A DNA stretch of 64,000 nt. It comes from Camelus dromedarius (lineage: Eukaryota). The notes beneath the pieces are model-generated. The model made no database searches, was not told the DNA's origin, and saw nothing but the letters and a program-made list of their open reading frames with translations. Position 1 is the first letter of the stretch. Each line of letters begins with the position of its first letter. The position numbers and the translations under genes are program-made. The stretch lies in assembly GCF_036321535.1 (NCBI RefSeq), contig NC_087436.1, positions 103,542,001-103,606,000 on the forward strand, written 5' to 3'. Shown piece after piece: positions 25,886-39,120 of the stretch.

Positions 25886-28800
25886 GTCTAAATTAAGGCA
25901 GGGAGGAAAGAAACGCTTTAATGTAAATTATGGTTCATTTCAGTATAGGAAATTATTGAATGATTGACAGTTTCTTTTTGTACATTTTCGTATTACCAGA
26001 ATTTTAAAATGTCATCATTTGAAGAAAAATAAAGTTTCAATCAAGAAATCAATCAAAAGAAAAGATCGGGATTTGAAGATCAGAATAAGACTATTTATTG
26101 TAAGGTGCACAGCTGTTATTGTTAACTAACATGTACCAGGTGGAACACTACTGAAAGCTATTAGAGATAAAGGGGAAATTTGTTGAGAGTGAGAAGTTCA
26201 TTCTAACCGCCAGCTTTCCTGTCTTTACCACTCATCTCTCTCATCCCAGAACCATGATTTTGGGACAGATTAGGAGTCCAAACACGTTTAGTACCAATTA
26301 TTAAGATACAAATGAATATTTCATCCATTATCTCGATGGCAAAACCATGGCAAAGAAAAATAACTGATTTGAAATCCAAGGTAAATCCCAGTTTATTAAG
26401 TTTCAGTGACATCTCACACAGCAGGTCACTTCTTCTGTAAAAGTTGCAAACAAAGTTACAATTTTAGGAGCTTCCTTTTATTTACGTGCACATTTGATCT
26501 GTTTCTCTAACAACTCTTTGAGTTCAGGTAAAAGCAGATTCTGTTTTCCATGACTGTTCGCGAAGCTAATACGCACTCTATCAACGTGTCCTCTGCAAAC
26601 CACTTCCTATCCCTGAACCTGTCAAGTACATGTGTTGGGTGTTTGTCCACCCTCTCTCCTCTTCAACTAAAAAGAGTGAAACAGTCTGAATTATCCAGCT
26701 GTTTTTAATCCAATGGGTCTATGGCAGAGTTTAAGCTACTAATATAGAGCTACCAGGAAGAAGATTTTTTTTTTTTTTTTTTTTTTTTGGAAACTACAGA
26801 GGTTATACGAAATGGTGGACAAAAAGAGATTTAGTCTTACAGACTTGGCTTACTGGAAGGTGGAATGTATCACCTAAAAGTGCAGGGGCTTCTACCAAAT
26901 CAGTGACAATAGCCACTCAGCAGCAAGAAGGAAAACGATGAAAAAGGCCTTTGGCAAATGGTCCACTTTTCCCAATTTCTATTTTCACCAACCTGCAGCC
27001 ATTTTATGTGCAAAATTACCAATCTGCAGCTGTCTTATATTTTACCAAAGTTGGTCCCAAAAAAAAAAAATTGCTATGAAGTTCCACATGCCTTTAAAAA
27101 CTGCTTCCTGTTACGTTCATATACTTTGGCTCCAGATAAGTATTTGAGAGTTCGTGAGAAAAGAAGCACAGATTTTAAAAAAGTATTCAGCAGTGGAATA
27201 TTCTGTTGGGTGGGAATGGTTTGTTCTGCCTTCGTCTTTTTAAACCATAGTCTGGGCTGCACAACAAAGTTGACAGTAGGAGAAGAAGAGACAAAACAAT
27301 CTATTTTCCTGAGAAAGATGTTGCATTTCACTGTGTTATATTAAAGATGCTCGTCACATCAGAGCTAAACATTTTTACAATTCTGTTTATGAGAAACATC
27401 CTCTCAGTTCAGCCTCTTAATATTGGCGTTAATTCATGATGGAAAACTTTTTTTTTTTTTTTTGCTATCTACTTCCCGTCATCGTCTAAGTCACATTCTT
27501 TTGACAACAATTCGAGTTATTTAAAGAGAAGTTCATGTAACTCTCGAGCTTTTCCCGAACCCTCTCTAGAACATGCATCACCTCCAGGGTACGTGCATCT
27601 CAGTTCCCTGAAAACTGTTACCATCTCTTGACCAATGCGAGAATCTGTCAAGAAACGTGTTAATAGAGTGAGAATTGCTTCACACCTACTCTCCATATGT
27701 CTTACAAGAAATGTTTAAATTCTGTTCACCCCAAACAGAGCAAATGTTGGAGTGAAAAGTGGTGAATTACCTGCAGAATTGTCTGCTGAGGAATATCAAA
27801 ACCAAATAATTTATTCTCTCTTCAGCCTCCAAATACAAAGATATAAAACTCTGGAATTAGGGTATCTAGGCACAGGTGAGACAATTAAAACCTAAATATA
27901 AGTCGCTTTGATTGTTTTTCATACTTTCTTTTGCTTAAAAACTCTCACCCTCAACGTGGTTCTATCTGGACCTCTCAGATGATAGTCAATAGTTGACTTA
28001 AATCTTTATTTATGATTTCCTGGTCCTATAAAAATGATAATAATCCTTTCATAAGCTTATGAAAGCTTACCAGCCAAGTGGTATCTTGTCCTTTTTCCTT
28101 CACAGAGAGATACTAAAATAATTATTTTAATATTGTCATTTCTTTGTCCTGAACAAGTAACGCTAGCCTCCTATTGTACAGCCTGGTTCTTAGACAAATC
28201 CATCCAGCACACACAGTCTGTCTTGTGTTTAAAGCAATTACACAATGGATACACCTGGTTTACCCTGAATTATGCCCAGTTCCACTGTATTCACTTCTAA
28301 TCCCATAGTCCCCAGTAGGCTGCCAGAAATTTTGGAGTTCAGGCAGTGAAGAAACCTGAGAATGAGCTAGAACATTCCATGTTCAGAGATTTGGAGGGTG
28401 CTTCAGGACTCTAAACACAGGCCAAGTAAGTATTTGCTTCAACAGACAAGACTTGAGAGAAAGCATCTGCTTCTGCTTATAAGCCATATATGAACATGCT
28501 ATAGAATTTAAAGTGCTGGTCTAATCATAAGATGTTAGTATAAAAATTAAAATTGAGATCAATCAAAATTTCATAATTTCCTAAACAAGTCATGCCAGCA
28601 CAATATGCCCTATTGTGATTTTTATTAGATTGCTACAATGAAAGACATAAACATATAACAAATGAAACAGCTCAAAATCTATATGCAGGTTACTAAACCA
28701 ACCTCATGCCTCAGGCTGAAAACGATTACCTTGAATATCTGCAGTTAAACTGTTTCCCTAGAGAAAATCCTCTAATTCATATACAGGGAAGAAGAAAAAA

Positions 28801-30119
28801 AGTTTATGCTTTTTAAAGATACAATATTAAAAAACCAACCAATTAGTGTATTTAATATAAAAAAGCATCAAATTGAATTAGTCAAAATAACAAATGTGTG
28901 TGTGTGTGTTTGCATGTGTGTAGATCACTGGATAAAATTGTGGAACTGATTTTATTTTAAGATGGAAGGTGATGTAACTGTTGTTCTAAAGACAGCATAT
29001 TTATATAATACATTACCCTAGCCAAGGCAATGTGGGCATTTACATCCATTATCTCACTTTGAGGGTTTATTCTATCCCTGCTTTTCAGATGAACAAAAAG
29101 AATCCCAGAGAGTTGAAAGGACTTCCTCCAAAAGACAGCTAATTAATTATGGATGATGGACTAAAATCTCGCCTCTGTTTCTGTTTCATGTCCCTGTGGC
29201 CCAAAAGATGTGTGGGAACTAATCCAAATGTTAGAGTAGCTTTAACAAGCTGCATAACACATCTATTTATAATCAAAGAAGAAAACTCAGAGCAGCGGTC
29301 TCTAATGATTTATAAGCATGTGTTTGCTAATCACTAGGATAAGTCCCACTCCTAACCCAGGGTTTCCCTTACTTTCAGTCATCTGTCAGAATCTTAGAAC
29401 CCTCCTTTAACTATCAATGCTTCAGAAATAATTAAGAAAATTAGGAGTTACAGACATTCAAGTGCAAGAGGGATATTTTGAGTGAAATAATATTGCATAA
29501 AATTGTCATTTCTGCATTCAAGAACAAAGATAAAAATCCTCACTGATTTCTCTTGATTTATTATCCTGAGAAACTATAGTAGAATTGTTCAAGTTGAAAT
29601 CTAGAAATCATAGAGACAAAAAGACATATAATTTACCCAGGATATCCAGAAAAATGCTCACTTAATGACCTGTGAACTGACGCCAAAATCTTCCAATAAA
29701 AGGCCTTGCCATTTAATGACAGTTGATTTTCTTACATCCTTCTTCAAACTCACCATACATTTTCATGGCTCTTGTCATGCTTGGCCTTCTTTCTACACTT
29801 TCTCACCCACATCCCATCCTCCACCCACCCCTGCAGCCCCTTCCATCGCCTCCAGCTGGCATTTGCAAATGTGGACAGCTGTGGTACCATTTCATGACCA
29901 TTTCACTCCAGCCACTCTTTCCCCAACATGTCCGTGCATCGCTACCCTCACCACCTTATAGTCTAAAATTCATACTGTTACACCTACATGCAATGTTTCC
30001 ATCTGTTTCTCAAGATCTCCAGATCCACTTTGGTCATAAAAGCTCACCAAAACACCACAGGCTCATGCTAGTAATAACAGTAAGGAGATGCAATGGGGCT
30101 TTTTTTAAGAGTTTGATCT

Positions 30120-30978
30120 TTTTAAAAACATTTATAAAATATTTAAAGGTTACTTTCCATTTATAGTTATCACAAACATTGGCTGCATTCCCTGTGTTGT
30201 ACAACACATCCTTGAGCATACCTTACACCCAAAAGTTTGTACTTCCCATTCCTCCACCCCTACATTGCCCCTCCCACCCCCACTGGTAACCACTAGTTTT
30301 TTCCCTATATCTGTGAGTCTGCTTCTTTTTTGTTATATTCACTAGTTTGTTGTATTTTTTTTTTAGATTTCACATATAAGTGACATCATACAGTATTTGT
30401 CTTAGTCTGACTTATTTCATTTAACATAGTACCCTCCAGCTCCACCCACATTGCTGCAAATGGCAAAATTTTGCTCTTTTTTATGGCTGAGTAGTATTCC
30501 ATTGTGGTGTGTATATAAATATAAACGTAAATATAAATATAAATGTAAATATAAATGTATATACACATACACCACATCTTTTTTTATCCCTTCATGTGTT
30601 AATGGAGACTTAGATTGCTTCTGTATCTTGGCTACTGTAAATAATGCTGCTATGAACATTGGGGTTCTTTTATCTTTTTGAATTATTATTTTTGGTTTCT
30701 TGCATATATAGCCAGGAGGGGAATTGCTGGGTCTTATGGCAGTTCTATTTTTAGTTTCTTTAGAGACCTCCCTACCATTTTTCACAGTGGCTGCACCCAT
30801 TTCCATTCCCACCAACAGTGAATTAGGGTTCCCTTTTCTCCACATCCTTGCCAACATTTGTTATTTGTGCTCTTTTTGATGATAGTTATTCTGACAGGTA
30901 TGAGGCTGTATCTCATTGTGTGTTTGATTTGCATTTCCCTGATGATTAGCGATGTTGAGCATCTTTTCATGTGCCTGT
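30120..30978 (-). mobile_element. Lineage-specific L1: ORF2 C-terminus plus 3' UTR
   Basis: ORF 30782-30970(-) [27 protein letters not shown]...[25 protein letters not shown] is the L1 ORF2 Cys-rich domain. ORF 30386-30577 carries TMEYYSAIKK. The 3' UTR matches the 54350 copy. Confidence 0.95.
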
Positions 30979-32160
30979 TTTAATTCACAAGCATATTGAC
31001 TGAGCTTTATGGAAGAATACAGAATAAGCAATTCAGCTCCTTTTATCTCCTTGGGAGATTCAGCAGGTACTCATACACAACTTCTCACCGTACTCCACCC
31101 TGCCCAATGCATCCAAAGGAAGTGTGTGCTTGTCAGGGATGAAATCCAAGCATGTGACTCACCTTGACATACAGAAGCCATTGCCTTGGTTTCCCACCTG
31201 TCTTTTATGTTATTCCAGTTACAAATCAAAGCTACTCCAGGCTAAGTCCAGTCCCATATCAAGTGTTACACAGTAAACAAGTATGACAATTAGCCTTTAG
31301 AACACATCATTCTTCATCCATCTTAGCTCCATCATGTCTATGGAAATAGTGTTGCAACAGGAAATCTGAGATCATCTTCTTAGAGAAATCTAGAATTGTG
31401 CAGGGCCCAAGCCTGATGATAACCATTTACTCACACTAGAGGAAAGCAATTTCTTCTTCTTACATTTTCCATAATGCTCATTTATGGTAGCTAATCATAT
31501 ACTAATTTCTGTTACTATTATTATTTTATTATTATTACCCACATCCTTTGTATCTTTGGTTTCGTTATGATCAGAGAATATTAATAATATTTGAAATTGC
31601 CGTTTATTGTCTCAATCTGTCTTTGAGCTTAGAAAGTCTGTCTTATTTATCTCTGCATCCCCTAGTTGCTGTAAAATTCTAACATTGGGACTCCTGTGTG
31701 CTGGTCAATTTTTTTATATGGTCTGGGATTATTGAAATCATCTTTCAAAATTTTTATTTCCTGCAGTTTTGTTCCCACAGTGGAAGATGTGTCTTAGAAC
31801 CACACAATCTCAGGTTTGGTTCCCCATCTACCTAGCCACCTACCACAGCAGCATAAGCATGTTCAACTGTCTAAGTCATGACAGGCTTTGAGCTACTAGA
31901 GAGTAAACCCATATGCCTTCATGTGACCAGATCCAAAAGGGTTAATCCTTACTTATAAACATTACACAGGCAAATGACAAACCCAAAGCCCAGAATGTGT
32001 TAAAATCACAAGAAACAAGCTCAGCTTCCTCAAGAAATAAGCATAGACATGTGCTCAACAGTTTATATTTGCTGTCCAAAAGAAGGTTTTGGTGGTAAAC
32101 CAGAAAAAAAAAAAAAAACTCCTCAAAAATAACTTATATTCCAAAAATACATATTCTGTT

Positions 32161-32161
32161 T

Positions 32162-32193
<32 letters not shown>

Positions 32194-32325
32194 TATATAT
32201 ATAAAATATAACATTATTATATATAACATAACATTATTATATGTAATATACATATATACACATGTATTATATAATATAACTTTATTATATATATAATATA
32301 AATATATATACACATATATATAATT
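32161..32325. repeat. AT-rich compound micro/minisatellite
   Basis: (TA)n, (CA)n and repeated ataacattattatat units. Confidence 0.9.
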
Positions 32326-32939
32326 TCATTTCTTCAATAATACTCTGAGATGGGAATTCTACTCTCTCTTTTGGAGAAGAGGAAATGGATAAAGAGTTTA
32401 ATCAGCATGCCCCTGGTCAAATAGCTTTCCCAAACAGAACACAGCTCAACCACAGGCTCCTGTCTCTATGTCTAGTGCTCCCTTTACTTAGGTCTATAGG
32501 TGATTATTCTATATAAAAAAGGAATATACACAATTCACAGGCAGAAGGTATGACCTTAATTGAAGAAGGTATAATTTAAATTTAAGTAAGCTGTAAGTAA
32601 AGAACCCCTACCTGGCTGTTAACCATCTTTCCATCACTGAATCACTGACTTGAAAGAGGATGTTTCTATCAAGCAGTGTACTTGGCCCCAGATGAGAGCT
32701 AGCCCATAGGACTTGAACCTTAAGATGACACCGGTTGACATCTAATGGAGAGGATCCTAGTGTATTGCTAGCAAACAACCTTTCAATCTGTAGTCATTAA
32801 ACTCCATTGTACAGCCTTGCAGTAGCTCCCTAGAAAGCAACAGCTGCAGTGTAACAATTCACCCTGCACAACCCTGGAGGGATACAGCTTCTGTCAAATG
32901 AGGAGAAGGTGCGTGCTTGCTTGATTTCAGATTCAAAGG

Positions 32940-33830
32940 CATTCATTCAAAAATCGTTTTTGTATTCTTTATATATCAGGCACTGGCTAAGGTGTAATAT
33001 AGAGAAATAAGAGTCACTGACTGTCTCTTCCACAAGTATGCTTTCACTCTCAAGGCACAACTGGCAACTATAAGATAAAGAGAGAGAGGGAATGGAAGAA
33101 TGTTGCATGGTATGCAATGGAATATATAAGAAATATATTTAGGCCTTGGGAGGTGGGGTTGGAGTAGGTTGGAAAAGCCTACTGAAACTGAGTTTTGAAG
33201 AATTACTAAGGTTTATTTGGGTGAAGAGGGAAGAGAGGTTGGTAGGGTGGAAATGGAGAAAGCAAGATGTTTCATATGGAGGAATCAGCAAGTAAAGAAA
33301 CATTGTGACATGAATAACATTGTATGGAATCTTTGGGGAATGTCTCAAATGTTGAAGATTGCAGACAAAGTCTTCTTCTTGTAGCCAGTGGGTGAGCACA
33401 GGGGTAGAAAGGCAGCATGAATTGATGTGCATCTTGTATAAAGGGAAGCAAATTTGGGTAAAAAGTGATTGATTATTACATTTTAAATTATTCTCTCCAG
33501 TATTCAATTCATCACTTCCTGGGTGACCTACTCTGCCTCACCATTCTCAGCACTTCTTTATCCATTATCTGTTGCCAAAAATGTGTTGAATCTCTACTAC
33601 ATGCCTGACACTGTGTTAGGCATCAGAAATATGAAATCATTGGTCATTATCAGCAAGAAGCTTGCATACATTTGAAGCAGCAGAAGTAGAAATAAATATG
33701 TGTAATAAATAAACCTGCATAATAAAGTACTGAATTGGCAAGACAGATCACGGACAGGGAAGAGAGGAAGTGAAGGAAATTTACCAAGATTTCAGGAAAG
33801 GCCACAAAGAGGAGGTAGCACATGTGTTGA
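32940..33830 (-). mobile_element. L2 fragments
   Basis: attcattcaaaaatcg...caggcactg, ttgaatctctactacatgcctgacactgtgttagg, and a purine-rich L2 body. Confidence 0.6.
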
Positions 33831-33839
33831 GCCCCGTGC

Positions 33840-34060
33840 TAATATTTAACATTTATTGAATACCTACTTTTGTCTAGATACAGATGCATTAGGAAATGTC
33901 ATGCTGTTTAAATCTCATATTAAATCTTTAAGTATTGTAAGAATCCTCTCTCCACCTTTAATAGTTCAGAAAACAAGTTTTAGAAACAAAAACAGAACCT
34001 TGGTGAAAAAATCACAGAGATGTGGGAGACAGAACTGGGATTTAAATTTATAGTGTCCTC
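33840..34060 (-). mobile_element. MIR SINE
   Basis: aacatttattgaatacctac...atctcatattaaatctt...cagaactgggatttaaa. Confidence 0.6.
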
Positions 34061-34957
34061 TTGAAGCAAGAGCTGATGTTCTGCAAAAAATTGGGGAAAA
34101 GAGTGTTCAGGGTAGGGGTGTTCTAAGTGCAGTGTTACAGAATCCCCAGGACTGCCCTGTATTTTTTGCCCCTTTGTCTCGAAAGTAATTTTTCCTCTTG
34201 TTCTGACAGAAAGTCCTATGAGTCAACGGTCTGCCAACACTCAGTGACAGACTTGCTACCCAGTTCAAGGAAAGTTATGAGACATCACAGCATTCATTTC
34301 ACCAAACTTTATTTAAATGACCTTCATCTTTATTTTCTTCTTGTACATTTCAGAAATAGTGTATTTGATTGTCTTCTAAATACTGTTCAGGGGGAAAAGG
34401 AAAAATGAATAAAAGACACAAAATAGAATTAAAATTAAATCTTTATAATGAACTGCAAGTCTGTCAGACTTAGGAAGACAAATTTGACTGGGACTGAGGA
34501 GCTCCCTAAGGTACAGGACTTTCAGCGTTAACTAGGGTCTGTCCTGGGCAAACCTGAATCTTTGTTCTCCATAGAGCTCATTCCTGCCTTTCTTGTGCTT
34601 GGTACGTCATAGAAACTGAGTGAATTTGGGATGAATCAATTTTCATCTTCACTTAAGTCATCACTAACAAGTCACTGTATTTTTTTTACCCTAAATGCAG
34701 CTCTATGGATATAAAAAGTGTTATGAAATACTGGGGTACAAAAATCTGTCAACATGCAAAAAGACCATTTGTGGAATTGTCCATCACCTACGAGCCACCC
34801 TTATGCATCTCACCATATCTGAAAGAACAACATAGTAACAGAACGGGGGCTTAAAACACAATTCCATCCTTTTTGCTATATTGCACACATTGCAATTTAC
34901 AAAGTTAATAGGTTTACAGTCACAAACTTCAAATTCTGTCAGTGCCAAATAAATGAC

Positions 34958-35373
34958 TATTATGGCTAAAATTGTGGGTCTCCGAGTAAGATGTGTGACT
35001 TTATTTGGAGACAGGGCATTGACAGTGGCGATCAAGTTAAAAGAAGGTAATTAAGAAGGGTCCTAATCCAACACGAATGGTGTAGAAAAAGAGGAAATTT
35101 GGACACAGAAACTGCCCATACAGGAGAAGAACCTGTGAAGATCATGACCAGGGTGATGCTACAAGCTAAAGGATACCAGAGATTGCCAGCAAACCACCAG
35201 ACGCTAGAGAGGAATCATGGAACTGATCCTTCCTCACAGCCCCCAGATGGGACTCAGAGCTGCCAACACCTTGATCTGGGACTTCCAGCCTCCAGGATGG
35301 TGAAAATACCTTTCCATTGTTTAAGCCACACAGTTGGTGGTACTTTGTTATTCAGTCTAACATTTACCAATAA
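34958..35373 (+). mobile_element. MLT1C-type MaLR LTR
   Basis: gtgactttatttggagacagggc, gattgccagcaaaccaccaga, ggacttccagcctccag and ttgtttaagccac blocks. Confidence 0.9.
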
Positions 35374-35379
35374 CTGAAG

Positions 35380-35550
35380 CTGTCTTATCTATTTATCCAT
35401 CCCTCCACTGGAAGGCAAGCTCCAAGGGAACATGACCTCTTCTCTCTTGTTCCTAACTCCACTTTAGAACCCAAAACAGTGACTAGCATTTAGTAGGCAC
35501 TCTAAAAATATTTCAGAATGATTGAGAGAAGGAGAAAAAGAATGAATGGC
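35380..35550 (+). mobile_element. L2 3' end
   Basis: ctggaaggcaagctcc...aaacagtgactagcatttagtaggcactctaaaaatattt. Confidence 0.75.
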
Positions 35551-37135
35551 TGTAAAGGAGGGTAGAATTCACATAGAGTCCCAGACTGGAGAGGACGATC
35601 TAGGAATATTTCCTGAAAATGTATAAGCAATATTACTATTCTTAATTAGTTTTCAAGTTAATTTGGATATTTAATTGGATATTTAGGAGAAATAACATCG
35701 AACTGGAATAATATTATTTGCTATATTTGCATTTTACTAAAATTTGAGAACAATTTGCATTTTTAAAATCAGGAAATTTATTCATCATTATTTTTATTTG
35801 GATTTCTGAGTCATGGTTGTTTAGAAATGTGAATTTCTAGAAAGTACTTCTTTTTGTTTTCTTCTAGTTCTAGACTCCTTAGACATTCTAATTCCACTGC
35901 CGTGTGTTCATCCTCTGTCTACATTAAACCCTTTCAGAAATGTGACATTCACTTGAAGCTCATTCATATACGTGGCTTTTAAAATTTGATTAATATGAGA
36001 ATATATAAAGAAAACCATCTCTATCATTGAAAAGAAATTGCATGACATTGCTAGTTACATTGTAAAACAAAAAAAAGAAACACAGAGATTTGACATCCTT
36101 GTCATATCTTTTCCTACTCATCACAAACATCCAAAATTAGGCAGAGCAATCACTCACTCTTCCTGTTAGTAATAAAGGGTCTTAACTAGGTAAGAAATTT
36201 GCAATAGCACTTCTAAAGGCGCAAAAATACTCAAAAATGTTCACCTTGTGAAACTACATGAAAGTGATCATCCGAGATGCCTTACATTGCATTCTCCAAA
36301 AAATAAATATTTTTCCGCCTGAAAACCAGGCAAACTTTGTTACATTTCTCTACTTGCTATATATAAACATAAAATAGCCTGAAAGGCATGGTATCTTTAA
36401 TTAGTATCTACTACATAAAAAGGATTTTGACTTATGGAATTAGTTGCAATTCACCATATTTAATAAAAGGATTTGAGTGCAACGATAGATTGGAAAGACA
36501 TTAAGTTCTGTGCTCCGTGGTAGTGATGATGCTGGACGCAGTCACATCACATGGCTGTTTTAGGATGGTTATTTATAGTGTCCTGGTGTTAAGACCAATG
36601 AGGAGTAGTTTTTTCATTAGTGAAAGATTGATGCAATTTAAAAACGCAACTGCATTTATCCGCCTGCTGTTAATTATGATGATGAGAGTTTCCTGTGCTG
36701 GTCAAAAAGCCTTTATTAAGGAAAGTAAACAGATCCTTTCCCTTATCTTTATTGTATGTTAAATGCATATCTTCTTTCTAACATGGTTGTGAAAATATCC
36801 ACATTCTCCTCCAGTGAGACTAATCCACAAACCCCAACTAGAGCAGAAATCTGGTCTGATTTGCCCCAGCTCATGGACTTTGATATGCTTTGCTTTTGCC
36901 GAGTTATCTGTTTTAAAAAGAAGCCTCAGACACAAGCATTTAACAAAGAAAATGGGTTTACAAAATTTGTGCCATAAAATCCAACATTTAAACTTACATA
37001 TATTTATAAAATCAGGAATAATGTCTTTGTTAGGGAATTAGCCAATTGCAGGAAATGTTCGCTGGTTCATTTACTTTGGTGGAGAAATGAGGCAGAGTGA
37101 TGCTATTTCTCATTAGTATATCTTAGGGTGGAAGA

Positions 37136-37171
37136 GGTTTTTTGTTTGTTTGTTTGTTTGTTTGTTTGTTT
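37136..37171. repeat. (GTTT)n microsatellite
   Basis: Directly visible. Confidence 0.9.
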
Positions 37172-38821
37172 TTTCCTCCTGCTTAGCTATAATTGTGACT
37201 TGTGTTCAAGTCCCCCTCCTTAATGAACATATAAATTTGTTAATTGATTTTTCCAGTTCAACATCATTAACTTGTTTTGCTCTATTTGATCATGTGGGAC
37301 GAATAGTACCTGTTCCTAATAAAGGACTTGTTATACTTAAATAAACAAGATTTGTGGCATGATCTAATTTGCAGCACTGATTTATTCCAGTATATCCTGG
37401 TGAAAAGAGGGGTGGCTTCTTGCTGAATCTACAAAAATAATAATGCAGCCATGAAAAATAAAGGTGCCTAATAGGGGCAATTTTCATAATAATTAACTAT
37501 TGTTTTAAAGAGTTTGTTAGGCAAATAAATATATGACATTATTTTCTTTTCCAGAACATTATTTTGTACCTTTCTGATGATTTATTACCTTTTAATTTAT
37601 ATTAGGATCTTTCCTAAAAATTTTTTTCTGACTTCTGAGGGATTTAATTTCAGGTTATACAAGTACAGTCTTTTCATTTGAGGATTAGAGATTAGACATT
37701 TTGAATTGGGATTGGAATTTTTTAAGAAAAATTAAGTAGAGTGTTAGTCATTATTAAATCCTTTGTTTTATGTTTTTATTTATTCTTAAGGATATATTTA
37801 TCCTGTAACTGGAAGTTTGCCCTTTCGAGCACCTTCACCCATCACTTCTTTTAGTATCGGGTAGTTGAATTTTGTTTTGCTGATCTGGATTGAAGGAATC
37901 TACTTTCCTGAGGCCACCTGTATCTGCACCAACTTGGTCCCTAGGTACAGATGTTTTCCTAGTGACAATGTTAAATTACGCAGGAAAAAAAAATGCTTTC
38001 ATTAATCTACTTCTTCTAGTATCCAAATCTAAGAGGACTTGGTACTGTCCTTAATGCAGCTTGTAGCAGAGGCCTCTCAGCAAGAGAAAGAAAAATGAGA
38101 AAACTATTAGAAGAAGATTAAATGACTGTGGCCAACTGATTATAATAACCAACAATCCCAGAATGGAGGAAGGCAGATTTCTCTTCTGAGGAAAAATCAA
38201 AATTTCTTCCCAGTGTTGTGTGAGTGTCCTGGACCAGAGCTGAAAGTAGAGTGTTATTTTCTGAAAATAGCTTTGCAAAAGCCTCTTCAGCTTCAAGGGA
38301 ACTGGTCTCTTCAAAGAGAGAGATTTGAAGTTAGAAATGAGAAATCTGAGTTTGCATTCTTGTTCTGTTCCTAATTTTTGTATAAATTTTAAAATGTTGA
38401 ATAATCACTCAAAGCCTAGCTTTCTTCTTTTGTAAAATAGAAGTAATATTTATCTCACAGGATTATTATAATAATTAAATGAACTCTTCTATAAAGTAAT
38501 GGGCTTTCTCTCTAGAATCAAAACATGGCTAACATGCCATCATAAAATGAGTTACAATAGAACCACATAAAAGAGTAAAACTTCATTTATATACAGATTT
38601 AAGATCCCTTATAAGATTTTTTTTTAAGTACAGAAACACTCAAACATACATTATTTACATTTAACTCAGTTTATTTCATCAGCTACTCAATTCTGGTGTA
38701 ATTTTCATTGCAAAAAATTAGTAATCAAAAGGAATCTTCCATATCTAACATTAGTAATAAAACATAAAATTTTGTGACAGTGAGGATGGTATCTATTTTA
38801 TTCACCACAGAAGTTCCAGAA

Positions 38822-39120
38822 CAGCACTGTTCAATAAAAATATAATGAGTCATAGGCATTTAATATTCTGGTAGCCACATGAAATATGTAAAAAAGAATC
38901 AGATAAAATTTATTTTTTATAAATTTTATTTAAACTTAGATATCCCAAATATTGTCATTTCAATACATAATTAATTGAAAAATTTATACTTCTTCAGCTA
39001 TTTTTACTTTAATTAACTAAAACTAAATAAAATTAAAAATTTATTTTCTTGGTCACACTACCACATTTAAGGTGCTCGATAGTCACATGTAGCTAACAAC
39101 TCCCATATCAGGCAGTGTCA
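38822..39120. mobile_element. MER33/MER3-type hAT-Charlie MITE inserted in an L2 3' end (L2 ~38770-39195, plus strand)
   Basis: cagcactgttcaata...ccacatttaaggtgctcgatagtcacatg...ggcagtgtca. 8-bp hAT-style TSD ttccagaa (38814-38821) / ctctagaa (39121-39128). L2 resumes at ctagcatagtgtctggtacag. Confidence 0.85.

Noticed and set aside
26764..27463. T tracts as retrocopy poly(A) tails
   Set aside because: No minus-strand AATAAA within 10-30 nt and no TSD found.
29665..30166. 98-aa and 147-aa ORFs
   Set aside because: No recognisable domain, pyrimidine-rich composition, and the longer one runs into L1 sequence.
30386..30970. ORFs of 62-146 aa as genes
   Set aside because: Frameshifted L1 ORF2 relics and alternative frames.
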